A DNA stretch of 64,000 nt from contig MU062317.1 of assembly GCA_013265495.1 (NCBI GenBank), forward strand, positions 558,001 to 622,000. Reading direction: 5' to 3'. The stretch's first letter is position 1. Each line of letters starts with the position of its first letter. The stretch comes from Vicugna vicugna (lineage: Eukaryota). The translations under genes and the position numbers were made by a program. This document shows, one piece after another, positions 35,821 through 47,726 of the stretch. The notes below the pieces were generated by a model, which saw only the letters and a program-made list of their open reading frames with translations, was not told where the DNA came from and made no database searches.

Positions 35821-36719
35821 CCCTCAGCACAGTGCATACCCCACACTGGCCCCTCCGTTCGAGTCCGAGGCCCTGGAGGCTCCCCGGCCCCGGGAGACCA
35901 GCATGTGGGCAGCACAGGGAACCGACCCAGCAGAGTGAGGGCGGGGGTGGCCAGGGCAGACTCTGGGAACTTATATGTGTGAGGGAGCCGGGAAAGCCCC
36001 TTCAGGGCTGGCCCCATGGGGCTGGGGCACGGTAATCCTCTGTGGGCAAGGGTCTCCTTGGCAGGAAGTGAAGAGAATTCCTGCGGGTCCAAGGGCTGGA
36101 GGTGGCGGCACCAGAGTGACTTCTGTCCCCCACCCATCTACCCCTGGCCCTGGGTTATAAAGTTGCCCCGCCACCCCTGGGGGCAGATGGCCATGCACAG
36201 CTCAAGTCCCAGTAAGGGAACTTCGAGCACGGCCCCACAACGCTGGCCTGTCTGCCACCCGTGTCCCCCGGGCAGCCTGTTTCCAAGTGCCTGGGGGAAG
36301 CCAGTGGGGAGAAGCTGCTGAACCCCAGGGTGGCCCCGAGGAGCCCCCAGTGGCTCCTGGAAGAGGAGGGCCAGCCAGACTCTAAGCCTACCTTGGTGGA
36401 GCCTGGACGCCGGAGGGTCTGTGTGTGGAGAGGCAGCCGGGAAGCCCTCAGCTCGTGGCTGGGCAAGCAGGCAGTGGAAGCAGCGTCCCGGTCACCTAGG
36501 TGATGACATTGGAGCTGTGGAAGCCACGTGGCCGGCCTGGAGCCTTGGGGCAGATGGGGCGGAGCGTGGCCAGGAGCCCTGGGGCTGGCGGGCCGGCCGT
36601 GCCCCCTGCTCCGGGTGGATGCCATGCCCTCTGCACAGTGACCTGGCGACGGCCCTGCCCAGCGGGAACCAGAGCGGGAGGCGGGGGAGCCACCATCTCT
36701 ACCCGGGTCTGCATGTTTC

Positions 36720-37130
36720 CCTTCTAGTCCTCTCTGTCAAAATTTCCAGACACACTCAGAAGTAGAGAAGATGGCACAGTGAACCCATGGGTCCGTCCCC
36801 AGCCCGGTCTCAGCGTGTCTGTCCTCCAGCCAGAGCCAATTCTACAAACTATACACAGTTTCACCTGCCATGGGTCAGCAGACACTTCTAACAGATAAGG
36901 ATTCATCTCTTTTAGTATCAAGTCCAACCCCGAGATTGCTGATACTCAGCTGTTTTTTATCCTACCAACATACTCCTGCCCCCACACGGCAAACGCAGAT
37001 GACTCAACGTAAGACGCAGCACCATGCCACGTCCTGAATTTCCAGGCCCGGTTTTCAACTGCTGGTCAGAAGGGCTTTGAAGAGGACCCAGACTTGGGAG
37101 ACAACCTGTGTCGGCACGGCTGTCCGTCCT
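36720..37130 (-). mobile_element. Old L1M 3'UTR fragment
   Basis: aaaatttccagacacactcagaagtagagaa...gtgaaccca pattern. Confidence 0.4.
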
Positions 37131-37374
37131 GCCCCACGGTGGGCAGCAGCACAGAAAGCTCAGCCCAGCCCCGAGTGGACACAGCAAGAGGGATGCTGCA
37201 GAGGTAGCCCCCCAGGTTTTCCCGTTGCTAAGCAACGTGGGTCCTTACGGGGGAGGCAGGAGGTCGGGAGAGGAGAGCAGGGCTGGGCTGCTTGGCTCGT
37301 GGCCTCCTCCGTCTTCACAAAAGCACCCCTCCAGCATCTCCTTCTCTCCGGCTCTGCCCCTCCCCCTCCCCTCA

Positions 37375-37515
37375 CAGGGACCCCTATGATGACACGGGGC
37401 CAGCCAGGTCCCCCAGGGTCACCACCCATCTCGAGGTCCCTGACTGAATCACTTCCCTCCTCCTGTGAAATCAGTCACTGGTTCAGGGGATTAGGATGTG
37501 GAAGCCTTTGAGGAA
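37375..37515 (-). mobile_element. MLT1 LTR fragment
   Basis: cccatctcgaggtccctgactgaatcac...ggggattaggatgtgga motif. Confidence 0.5.
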
Positions 37516-37784
37516 GCTTTCTCCTGCTTTCCAGAAGCGTCCGTGTGAGCCCTCTGTTGTGGTGCTCAGCTGCAACCACGCTGCAGCCACGGTGAACCAC
37601 TACTTCCGGCTGGAGTGAAGACTGCGCAGTGGGGGGGGAGCTCAGGGGCGGGTGTTTAAGGCCACTCTCCTGCCCACCCCACCTTGCACCATCGGGTGAC
37701 CCTCCTCCTGCCCCCAGTATCTCTCAGGAGCCCCTCCTCATACAACGACGAGGCCCTGAAAGTGTGTTTGAACGTCAGGAGTAG

Positions 37785-37946
37785 ACAACTGTATTCAATA
37801 TCTTGCAGTAACTATAATGAAAGAGAGAATGAAAATGAATGTACGTATGTATGCGGATGATGGAAACATGAGCTGTGCACCAGAAATGGATGCAACATTG
37901 TACATTGACTAGACTTCAGTAGAAAGGAAGGAAGGAGGGAAGAAAG
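37785..37946 (+). mobile_element. L1 3' end fragment, same family
   Basis: caatatcttgcagtaactataatg...caacattgtacattgactagacttcagt plus a purine-rich tail. Confidence 0.7.
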
Positions 37947-38014
37947 TCAACAGTGGACAAATCTCTGTGACTACTCTGTGCCCCCCCCAGCCCCCAACAC
38001 GAGGCTGACTGTGC

Positions 38015-38160
38015 ACCGGGTGCCAGGAAAAGCACTTTACACACACGAGCCCTGAGCATCCCGTCAACCCTGGGGAGAACTACTGTCCCCATTTCACAGG
38101 GGAGGAAACCGGGGCACAGAGACGAAGGGATGAGTTCGATGTCATACAGCTGCACACAGC
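38015..38160 (+). mobile_element. MIR
   Basis: gtgccagg...ccccatttcacaggggaggaaaccggggcacagag...gtcatacagct. Confidence 0.65.
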
Positions 38161-38739
38161 ACACCTGAGCCTAAAAGCCATTAGGAAACAAGCGCTGAAG
38201 AACCCACCCCATCCAGACACATCCCGGGCAAGCACCTCCTGCGCTTCCTGGGACGGGCTTCCTCGTCCGGATGGAACCACCCTGGGAGACTCCAGGAGCG
38301 TCTGTACCTGCTGTGCGTCCGACAGCCCCCTGCCCCAGCCCCCCACTCTGCGGTGTTAGTTTCCGAGTGCTGCCCAGATGAACCCGGAGGGGCCGGCCGG
38401 CCGGGGCTCCAAAGCTGCAGGAGGTCCTGTCAGCTCAGCTCAGGGCACAGCCCATCCTGCCTGCGGCTCAAGACCCGTCCCACTCTTGGCCGTGAACAAA
38501 GGCTGCTCTGGGCCACCGTGCGCTCCCGGGGCCCTCAGCGCGCCCCAGGCGTCGGCTGCGTCCGCACCCTGCTTCCCAAGCTCCTGGTCTCTGAGGAGCA
38601 GTCTGGGCATCCAGCTGACTGTACTGAGGGGCAAGGCTGTAGCCTCCAAGCCCCACGAACTGCAGGTTACCAAGTGATCAACGAATAAACGCAAGAGTCA
38701 AGTCCCCAGAAACACTGCTTCGTTCTGCCCCACGTCCCT

Positions 38740-39000
38740 TTCCTGTGTTTAGAAATCCAAAAAGCTCGGAAAACCGAAAGCCTTTCTGTACCTCTGGGGC
38801 CGACGCCTCTGGGCAGACGCGAGGTGCCTCCTGGTCCCTGTTGCCTTTTAGGGTAAATACTTCTGTGTCATTGCAGAGACTGGGTGAGCTTGATTGTGGG
38901 GGACTCCCATACGACCCCTCGGGGGTGTTGTAACAGAGACTCCAACTCCTATGTTATTTTTCTAAAATAAAATAAAAATTCATCTGAATTCTGAAATATC
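38740..39000. mobile_element. Probable TcMar-Tigger remnant
   Basis: aaatccaaaaagctcggaaaaccgaaag...tctgaattctgaaa pattern; family uncertain. Confidence 0.35.
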
Positions 39001-41635
39001 AGCGGCGCAGGGCTAGTTTGGACCACAAGGTAGGGCGGCCACACCAACTTTTTACAACCCCCAAGGCCCAGCTCCGAGGGGAAGGTATCTCCCCCTCACC
39101 TCAGGGCCAGCCTCTGAAAGGTCACATGGCAGACCTGCACCGGCTGATTCCAAAGTCGGCCGCCTAGCCATGACTTTTGTCTCCTTCCGTGGATTTTGGG
39201 GTCAATGCAATGCCGTCGGATGGCACAGATTTCAAAAGGCCCAGAAAGGTCCAGGCCAGGCAAAGCCGTCTCTCCCACCCCGTCCATCCCAGACGCGGCG
39301 TCCCTGCCCAGACGCACAGCCGCCGTCCCTTCTACCTGGCGACAGTGGATTTGCCAGGAGGAGAGAAACAGGACAAAGCTTAACGACAGGAAAGAGCAAG
39401 TGTGCCACGTGAGGTTCTGTGGGCCACTCAGAATGACTGGTCAGACAGTCCCGAAACTCTGAAAACACAGCCCGCCAGGACTGCTCGCGGTTCACACACA
39501 CTCTGCCCACGCTGGGGCTTTCTCGGTTCAAAGCGCGTTCTGGCACGTGACTTAACCCGCACGTTCCGCAGTCAGGAGTAGACGCTTCCGGTTATTCTGC
39601 GACTTTCAAAACTCACATCGACCAGATGACGATCAGGCAGCGTTCTCAGAACGACGTTGACCTCCGTCTTCCAATTGCCTATTTCGCTATTTTTATCAGC
39701 ATTCATTATTTCCACATTAATCCAATTAGCGTCCTGTTTACCAATACCTCATTTTTAATTTGCAGCTTCGTTCTAAAAGCTCGGAGAGGCTTTCACAACC
39801 CGAGTTCTCCTCCCTGGTTACTGCCAAGTAATTAGTCGAGGAGCGTCCCTGATCAAAGCGAAGAGCCAGAAGCAAGTTGGAGCTTGCCTTACGCCGAAAG
39901 GGAAAAAAAAAACCCACGGTGAGTCTCTCCTAATTGCGGGGGCTTTGTGGGTTATCACTGAGCGGGGCAGGGGGCCGAGGGTGTCAGTCAAAGGGCCTTT
40001 AACTGCAGGGCTTTGCACATCACAGCGCGTTAAATACCTGGGGATTCCTCCTCTGATGTGCATGCTAATGCCCAGCGGCCCTTCCTGTCTTTGAGGGGAA
40101 TTGTGCTAAGTTTGCATTGCGCATAGTGAGAATGGCCGGCTGAGGGGCCCAAGCGCTGGGCAGCCCGGTGACATCAGGGAGATCCTGTCCTGCCTGGGAA
40201 GGCACTGCTTCCAGCACGGCTTTCCCCACCATAGCCCCGATGGCTCTGCGGAAGAGGGACCCCTCCCCATGGTCAGCACTCTTCAAGCCGTCCGCCCCCA
40301 CATCACTTCACAGGAGGGCAGGAGCCACACTGGGCCCCGGGCTGGTCCCCACGCTGGCCTGTCCCCGACACAGCCCCAGCCAGAGCGTGCAGGACGCGGG
40401 GGCAGCCTCCGTCTGGCAGGTAGGGCACCACCCAGGCGAGCCAGGAGGCCGGGAGGCTGCGAAACCCTCCTGGAGGTCTTTCTCACACAACTCGATGGAG
40501 AGACCAGCCTGGGAAGCCGCCTCTAACATCCCAGGAAATCGGGCAGGAGGGGTGAGAGGCATCTCTCCTGCCCATTCGGAAGGACCTTGTGCAGCCCAGG
40601 CGTCCTTGCCCCCAGGAGAAGCCACCTGTCCAGTTAAGGAGAGGCTTCCCCAGATGCCCGCCCCCCAGGGCCTGGAGCCTCGAAGCAGCAGGTGGGCAAT
40701 TAGAGCCCCCGCCCCCTCCCCACAGTCACCCAGGGCCTCAAGGAGCAGCTTGCGGGCTGGCACTGGGTGAGGACACACCAGGGACAGGTCCTTCCCACGT
40801 GCAGCCACCCTGAGCAGCTCCACAAAGCAGGGCCACCGGGGCACCCGGCCCAGCCCCGCTGCCCAGGCCCCTGCGCCCTGGCTGGCAGGAGGCTGGGGGG
40901 GGCCCAAGCGCTCTGGGCCTGCCTGATGGGGGAGGGAGGGCGCTGGGCCAGCTTCCCTGGGCTCCCTGTGTCTGCCCTCCGAGGTTCTCAGGTGCGTTCC
41001 TGCGGGCCACTCAGAGGGAGTCTGCAGGGGTCCCGGCTTGGGTTCCCACCATAAGAGTGCAGGCGGGTGCCCCCTCCCTCCATGGATGAAGGCCTGGGGA
41101 CTTGTCAAGGCCGTGGAGGAGCCAGGCCTGCTCTGGACGACTGTCCGGACTGCCAGCCCAGGGCCCTGCCCGCTGTGCCCTCTGCCCACCGTGTGCCAGG
41201 CATGGCGGCCAGATCAACACCTGCAATCTGATTTAGTCGCTCGGTTTGAGGTTTCTCGCTTCAGTGCCCAACTGTCAGTGGGGGTGAACACCCAGGAGCA
41301 GGTGCATGAGAGGGGGCGCATATGAAGTTCTACTGCCAAAGTTTTAACTCGTCCTTAGACCCAAAACACGGATGGGAGAACAGAAGAGGGGGCAGGCCTG
41401 AAACCTGGTTCTCGCTCCCAGGTCCTTCCCGGGGCTCACTCTTTGGGGGACCTGATTCCAACTCCAAGGTCCACAGAATGTCCCAGCCATGGACCCTATA
41501 GTGCTGCCTGAAATGTCCACCCCACACTCTGAGACCTGCCTTCGGTGCCCCCATCTCCCCTCTTTGAACCCAGCAGAGCCCACCCTGCTGCCTGGCCCCT
41601 CTCCCGGGTCTACTCCCTCTGAGGCACCTCCCTGA

Positions 41636-41662
41636 CCCCCCCCCCCCCCCCCCCCCCCCCCC
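41636..41662. repeat. Poly(C)27 homopolymer
   Basis: Direct count. Confidence 0.9.
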
Positions 41663-42011
41663 ACCGCAGCCACTCCATGTGTGTCCTCTCTCTCCCAACT
41701 CTGGGGGCCGTGCTGGCCCAAGCCGTCCTTGACGAGAGAGGATGCGGGGGTGTGAAGGGGTGGCCTGTTTCCCAGGACGCAGAGGCTGTGGACATGGGGG
41801 CAGGGGGACGGGCTGGGGAGAGCCAGTAAGCTGGGCGAGGGACCCCCTCCACCCCTGGCCGTGCTTGGAATGGAGCGGGTGGTCTCCTGCTCCTACTTCG
41901 CCAAGGAGGGACGTGGCTTAGAACAAATTTCTTCACCTTTTGTGCCATGGCCCCTGGCGGCCCGAAGGCTGAGGACCGATTCTCAGAAGAGTATTTCAAA
42001 TGCAGAAAGTA

Positions 42012-42133
42012 GGGGGGAGGGTATAGCTCAGTGGTAGATCGCATGCTTAGTCTGCACAAGGTCCTGGGTTCAATCCCCAGTCCCTCCACTAAACAAACAA
42101 ATAGATAAGTAAGTCTAATGACCCCCCCCAAAA
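42012..42133 (+). mobile_element. tRNA-derived SINE (camelid-type)
   Basis: GGGGAGGGTATAGCTCAGTGG A box, GGTTCAATCCC B box, then an AT-rich tail ending in C-run/A-run. Confidence 0.9.
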
Positions 42134-42194
42134 TGCATGAAGCAAAATACACAAGATTACAAGGGAGACCAATGACACTGAATTCTGGTTATTC

Positions 42195-42619
42195 TGGTGG
42201 GCTGAACAGCAACCCCCCACCCCCCAAAAAGACTGGTCTACCCAGAACCTTAGAACATGACCTTGTCTGGAATGAGGGACTTTGCAGACGTAAAAGGGAA
42301 AGCTCTCCAGACGAGGTCACCCTGAGTTACAGGGGGACCTCAGTCCAGTGACGAGTGTCCATACAAGAGACAGAAAAGGAGAGACACAGACACAGAGAGG
42401 GGGCCAAGTGTGCACGGAGGCAGGGTTCGGGGTGACGTGTCTACAAGCCCAGCAGGCTGGGACGGAGACATGACCGATTCTCCCTCAGAGCCTTCAAAAG
42501 GGGCCGGCCCTGCCCACCTGGATCTGGGACTTCTCGCCTCCGGGCCACGAGAGAATGTTTCTGCTGTTTCAAGCCCTAGTTGGTGGTAATCTGTCACGGC
42601 AGCCCCAGGAAGCTAACAC
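42195..42619 (+). mobile_element. MLT1B/C-like solo LTR
   Basis: tgggctgaa start, ctttgcagacgta, gattctccctcagagcct, gtttctgctgtttcaagcc...gcagccccaggaagctaacac end. Confidence 0.8.
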
Positions 42620-43914
42620 GGTCATGGATGATATTAAAAAGCAAACTTGCGTTCTGGGGATGATGAGGCCTCAGGGAGCAGGTCTGAGGATCCACCGTTT
42701 CAACCCAGTGACGAGCACAAACGAAATTTGGAGACTCTCATGCACTGGGAAGGATTTTTGCTCTCTTTGGGTCTCTGATCTGGAGGAGCATCTCCAGAAA
42801 AAGAAATCACTTTTGAGGGGTGAACGTCTGGTTTGCAAACCCGACCAGCTGGAGGTAGGTAGAAAGTTTATGTTCACTTGCGCAGACTCTCACAGCCAGC
42901 TTCGGCTTGAACCCCAATGAGCAGAGGGAGATCTTCTTGTAAAGAGCCAGGCTTCCTCTGCATAGCACACACAGAAAAGATTTTTCCAGGCATCCCATGT
43001 AACCTACTTAAGAAGGCAAACTATTAAAAAAAAGACATTGCATGTTTTGATTACAGAAATGGATGCGTTAGTTCCAGATGTGTTTTCTATGTTGTACAAA
43101 TCTGGGCAGGCAGGACATGGGAGCACCTGGCGGGGGTGAATTGCCACACAGTGCCCTGGGGATGAAAATCCCCCAGAGTAAGAAGGCTTTTGCCCTCCAG
43201 ACAGAAGCATCATCAGGGTGACAGGGAGCAAGGAGCTACTGAACGACTCCTCTCAGTTTCTTTTTTCCTTTTCTCTGTATGAATGGAAATCAGTAACAGG
43301 TTTCAAAAACATTGACTCAGCCCTCCCACAGAAATCCCCAAATTAGAAAACAAAAATGAGCCCTTCCCTCTTACGGGGGCTGGGTAGGAGAAACATGCAT
43401 TTGAAGCATATTTCTGCGTTTTTGCAAACGCAGTTCACCGTGTGTGCAAGGACTTCTACACAAGCACGGAGAGGATAAATTTCCCCTTGAATCTGGTGAC
43501 CTGAAATCGTCTGCCAGACGAATGCGCACTTTCCTTCTGGGTGTCGGGATCTCAGGGTGAATGCCGTCCTTGGCTACAGGCAGGACCTCCGCCAGGTCCT
43601 CTCCCTAAGTCCTCAGTCTCTCCTTTTCAGGCCCATCTTAGCTGCGCTGTCCGCAACCCATTCGTGGAGGGGGGTGGGGCGTCCCCTATAAATAACTGCT
43701 AAAGCACGCATCCTTGCTATGGTACCCCTGACAGAGGCCACCAGCCTCCGCCCAGGCCACGGGCAGATTCCTGCCTCACTGCCAGCCATTCCGTCCCCTG
43801 CCGGGGAGAGCTGCAGGCTACCAGGGAACTGTGTCCCCTACCCAACACCACCAAGGGCTTCAGGTTCTCGGGACCCTGGAGGAGCAACAACAGCCAACAC
43901 TTTGGGGCCCACTT

Positions 43915-44110
43915 GTGGGCGCCAGGCACCATTCTGAGCACTTTAGATACGGCGTCTTGGTTACTGTTCCCACAACCCTCTAGGGCAGGGGCTATCACCG
44001 CCCTTCTTTACAGATGGGTAAACTGAGGCTCAGAGTGGTTAGGAAACTTTCAGAAGGTCCAGGATGAGTAAGTGTCGAAGAGGGGATTTGAACCCTAATA
44101 TTCTGAATTC
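43915..44110 (+). mobile_element. MIR
   Basis: gccaggcaccattctgagcacttt...tttacagatgggtaaactgaggctcagag...ggatttgaaccc. Confidence 0.75.
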
Positions 44111-45568
44111 TCCGCCTACCCGATGAACCGTGGCACCAGACTGGCCCTCCCATGGGGCCGCCCTGCAGAATTTGGAGACAGTGACCCTATTCCCCAGGGC
44201 CTGCACCAGGCCTGAGGGCCGGGGCTGACCTTCCTGGGGCTGCCCCTCCAGCATCCCCTTGCCGACACCCTGCCAGCTTCTGATGCTGGACTTTTGATCC
44301 TATTTTTAGAATCACACGCTTAAAGCATACCATTGTATGTTGCAAAATTCCAAATACTTTGTATTTTTGTCCTCGATGCAATTCTTTTTTAACTTTTATC
44401 GAGTAAATCAAAACACGGGTGCTGGACTTTTGGCAAACATGAAAGGGGGGCAATGCATTTTCTCCAAAGCTAGCTGTTCAGGCGAAACAAATAAACAGCA
44501 GCAGTGACAGCAAACAAAACAAAACAAAAGCATTCAGCTAATGGCTCCCCAAAGTCCATCATTTAATAAACAGACCACAGTACACTTGGACCACATGACC
44601 TCTGGTCAGAAATGAGCCGTGCACTGTCTCCCGGCCCCTTGCTGGTTGACAATGGTCTACCTGACACCCCCTTTTATTTATGTAGACACGTGCATACTGT
44701 GTGCAAATCCACTTAGGAACCAGACAAAAATACAAGCTGAGGAAGAAGGTAATAATAGCTCCCCCTCCCAGTCCAAGGTCTAAAAGACGGTGGCAGCAGG
44801 GCACGGAGGGCTAGGAGAGAAGGGACGCAGGAAAAAGGAGGTGTCTCTGGCCGGGCGGCCCAGGGGCCAAATTCGGACCCCTCCTTCCCCCAACTGTTAC
44901 AGACTGAGGAGCTAGGGTACCCGGACCAACTCAGCGCCACTGAGAGATGCCCCTGTGGAATCCAGTTTAGTGGCCTACCCTCCGGGTCCAGCTTAGGGGT
45001 CATGCCCAGTTTTCCTGGTCCAGGGGAAGGCCTCATTCATCCTTGAGGGTGGGGCGGCTGGCGCCGCCGGATTGGTACAGCCCTCGTGGGTTCAGAGGGA
45101 GTCCGGCGCCCAGCGGGGAGGAGCCTGTCAGAGACAGGCAGTCTCCCAACCTCCACCCGCGTCTGCAGCCCCGACCGAGCCTCTTCCCGGGGTCACATTC
45201 TCAGCCTCCCCTCGAAGCTGGGGTGGAGCGAGGTTTGCCCGAGGAAGACCCTCCGGGAATACCAGTGAGGCTGCTTCTGGCCCCAAAGGCCGCCGCATGG
45301 CCGGCAGGGGCCCGCAGCTCCTCGCGGGCTGGACTCTGGCCGGCTGGCTCCCTCCCCCCCGCAACCCCGCCCGTGCCCCATCCCAGGAGCTGGTCGGACT
45401 CGAGGGAGCCCCCACGTCACCCTCTCTCGAGTCCGTGCACCATCTCCCCCTCACCGACTCCCAGCTTCGGAGCCGCGAGCCTGTGTGCTGGCCGCCCCGG
45501 GCTCGGGCCCCGCAGGTGGAGCCCAGCCGCGCCCCGGCGCCCTCGCGCCGGGCTCCGGTGCTGCCTAC

Positions 45569-45710
45569 CTGGTGCCGTCGGAGCCCCAGGAATCGATGCC
45601 CGAGCCGGCCCGGCGCTGGCCCGGGCTGCGCCGCGTAACCCCTTCGTGAGCGCAAGGCGGCCGCGGGCCGAAAGGCGGGCGCGGCTGGGCGGCCGCGGGC
45701 AGGGAGGCAG
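45569..45710 (-). other. TP73: TP73 non-coding exon 1 (5' boundary approximate)
   Basis: Donor CAG|gtaggc at 45569/45568, inside the CpG island and downstream of a TATA-like ATATAA; sequence AAGGGG...CCGACGGCACCAG resembles the known exon 1. Confidence 0.8.
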
Positions 45711-45734
45711 GGCGGGCGCCGGCCGCCGAGGCGG

Positions 45735-45741
45735 GTTATAT
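45735..45741 (-). promoter_or_regulatory. TATA-like box (ATATAAC) of the TAp73 P1 promoter
   Basis: Only AT-rich motif in a very GC-rich stretch, just upstream of exon 1 and flanked by GC boxes. Confidence 0.75.
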
Positions 45742-45786
45742 GGGCGCGGGGAGGGGAGGCGCCGCGGGGAGGGGGTGGCCGCGGGC

Positions 45787-45981
45787 GTTAGCGCCTTCCG
45801 CAGCCGGCGGGCGGGAAGGCAGCGCGCGGGCCGCTCAGCCGTGGCGGGAGGAGCGCGCGGCGGCGGGGCCAGGCTGGGGCCAAGGCTGCCGCCTGGCGCT
45901 CCGCCCCCGCAGCTGGCCGCGGCCGAGTCGGGGTCCCGGGGCGCGCTCCGCCCCGCCTCCTTCCCGCCGCCTTTTGGCGCG
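45787..45981. promoter_or_regulatory. E2F site cluster in the TP73 P1 promoter
   Basis: TTTTGGCGCG at 45972-45981, TTCCCGCC at 45961-45968, GGCGGGAA at 45810-45817 and GTTAGCGC at 45787-45794; TAp73 is an established E2F1 target. Confidence 0.7.
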
Positions 45982-47726
45982 CGTCTCCCCTGCCGGCCCC
46001 GGCGGGGCCGCCTGCCTTGGCTGGACGCGCCCCGGGCGCTGGGGCCCTGCTGCTGTGGAGACGGGACGGCGACCCTCGGCCGGCTTGGGGGCGCGGAGAA
46101 GGGCGCGCGGGAGCCGGAGCGGCGGGGCAGAGATGCAGACCCCGCGTCCCGATGCCTTCCTTCCCCAGACGTTGCATCTTCCGGGTCTCGCCCCTCCGCC
46201 CCCATGGGCACTGGACCCCTCCGCGCCAGGCGCTGGGAATCCAAGGGGCCAGGAGAAGCGCCGCGCATCACAGGGGTGTCGCCACCCGGGTCCGCACTGC
46301 CAGTGGCCGAGAGGGACGGGGAAGGTCTCGGCCTCAGGACCGGGGCTTAAGTCGAGCTACCTGCTTCCGGGTGGCATTAGCCCGGCTCCTCCGCCCAGGA
46401 GAGCCCGCCACCCACGCCGCTCACGCAGTGGAGGTCACGACCTCGCCGGGGCCCCGCCCCTCATTGCGGATCAGCTGCGACCCTCTGGACGCGTGACTCT
46501 CTCGGCCCCAGCCTGCTGTCTTCCTGGGTGGAAGACGTGTCCCACGGTCCCTAGGGAGTAGTAACAAGGAAAGCAAACACTCCCAGGTCCCGCGGCCCGC
46601 ACCTTGCCCCCTCCCCCGGCCACTGCCTCCTGGCCCCGGGGGTAGGATTCCGTTCCTCGTTGCGCAGACAGGCGCGGGTGTCCACGACGACACGTGGGTC
46701 GTGCACGAGGCATTGCTTTCTGCGCGCAGAGACCCGCCTCAGGTCGAGGCTTCTCTCGGGCCCGCGACACCTGTGGCTCCAAGGTCCGGGCCTCCCCCCA
46801 GGGCAGACCTGGGCTTCCAGGGCTCCCACCTAGCACGTCGGGGCCTCCGCTGAAGAACCTGACATGCAGGATGAGTTTTGAAAGGCTCTCGGCGGCGGCA
46901 CCTGTTGTGCGCTGCCTACTGGTGCTCAAAGGACCGGTTATCTGCCTCCGAACCAGTGCCCCCAGGCCAAAGGGAGCCCCGCGTCGGTGTCGCCCGTGGA
47001 ACTGTGCGCACCCCCGGCTGGTGCAGACCCGCTTCTCTGGCTGCACGAGGTCCGCACCTCACCTGGCGCGTCTGGCAGACTTCCACGCACTTTTATTGCT
47101 CACCTGTTGTTTGCAAGGTGCGGGAGCAGGGGGCGGGACCCAAAGATGAATCACAATCGGGGGTTGAACTGGCCGGGGACAGAAAATGCCGGCACTGCGA
47201 AGCAGGACGCCTGCTTGCATCCTCAACCTTTTCGTTCAGGGAAGTTGGGGGTGGGGCGGGGGGCTTCTGCAGGGCGCAGGCCCGGGCTGGGCGCGCGGAG
47301 GTGCGAGGAAGACCCAAGTCGGGTCTTGGTTCTCAGAATGCAGGGTCGGGGCTGGGTGTCAGAGTCCGCGCGAACCCGTGAGCAGCGGACGCGCCCGCGG
47401 GTCCTGGACCAGGTGCGGGGAGGCTGCTGTTGGGAGAAAAGGACCGGGGTCCCCACTGGGCGAGAGGACAGGCACGCGCCGGGCAGCGAGCAAGGTCGGC
47501 AGAGGCAGCGCCGACGAGGGTGCTCGCTGCGGTCCGTACCGAGGGCGGCTGGCCCCGGGTCCGGGCCTGGGTGTCCTTCTCTGCGCAGGTCCGAGCGCAG
47601 GTGCGTGCGTGCGACGGACAGGCGGGTGCACAGGACCCGGGTGCTCTCCCTGCGGAGCAAGCATCAAATTCGTTCTCTTCCTGATCCGATGCCCTCCTGA
47701 GCGCGAAGTGACGGCCTCGCTGCAGG

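Noticed and set aside
40308-41189. 293-aa - strand ORF in intron 1, and similar 150-260-aa ORFs throughout
   Set aside because: No homology I recognise, no exon structure, composition typical of GC-rich noise.
42012-42090. tRNA-like sequence (also at 51610-51686)
   Set aside because: Has A/B boxes but no proper cloverleaf, and carries a SINE tail; these are SINEs, not tRNA genes.
42659-42690. ATGATGA...CTGA as a C/D box snoRNA
   Set aside because: Boxes under 30 nt apart, on the strand opposite the host intron, with no terminal stem.
45043-46350. 435-aa ORF and overlapping 270-285-aa ORFs across the promoter
   Set aside because: By-product of stop-codon scarcity in the CpG island; low-complexity Arg/Gly/Ala/Pro.
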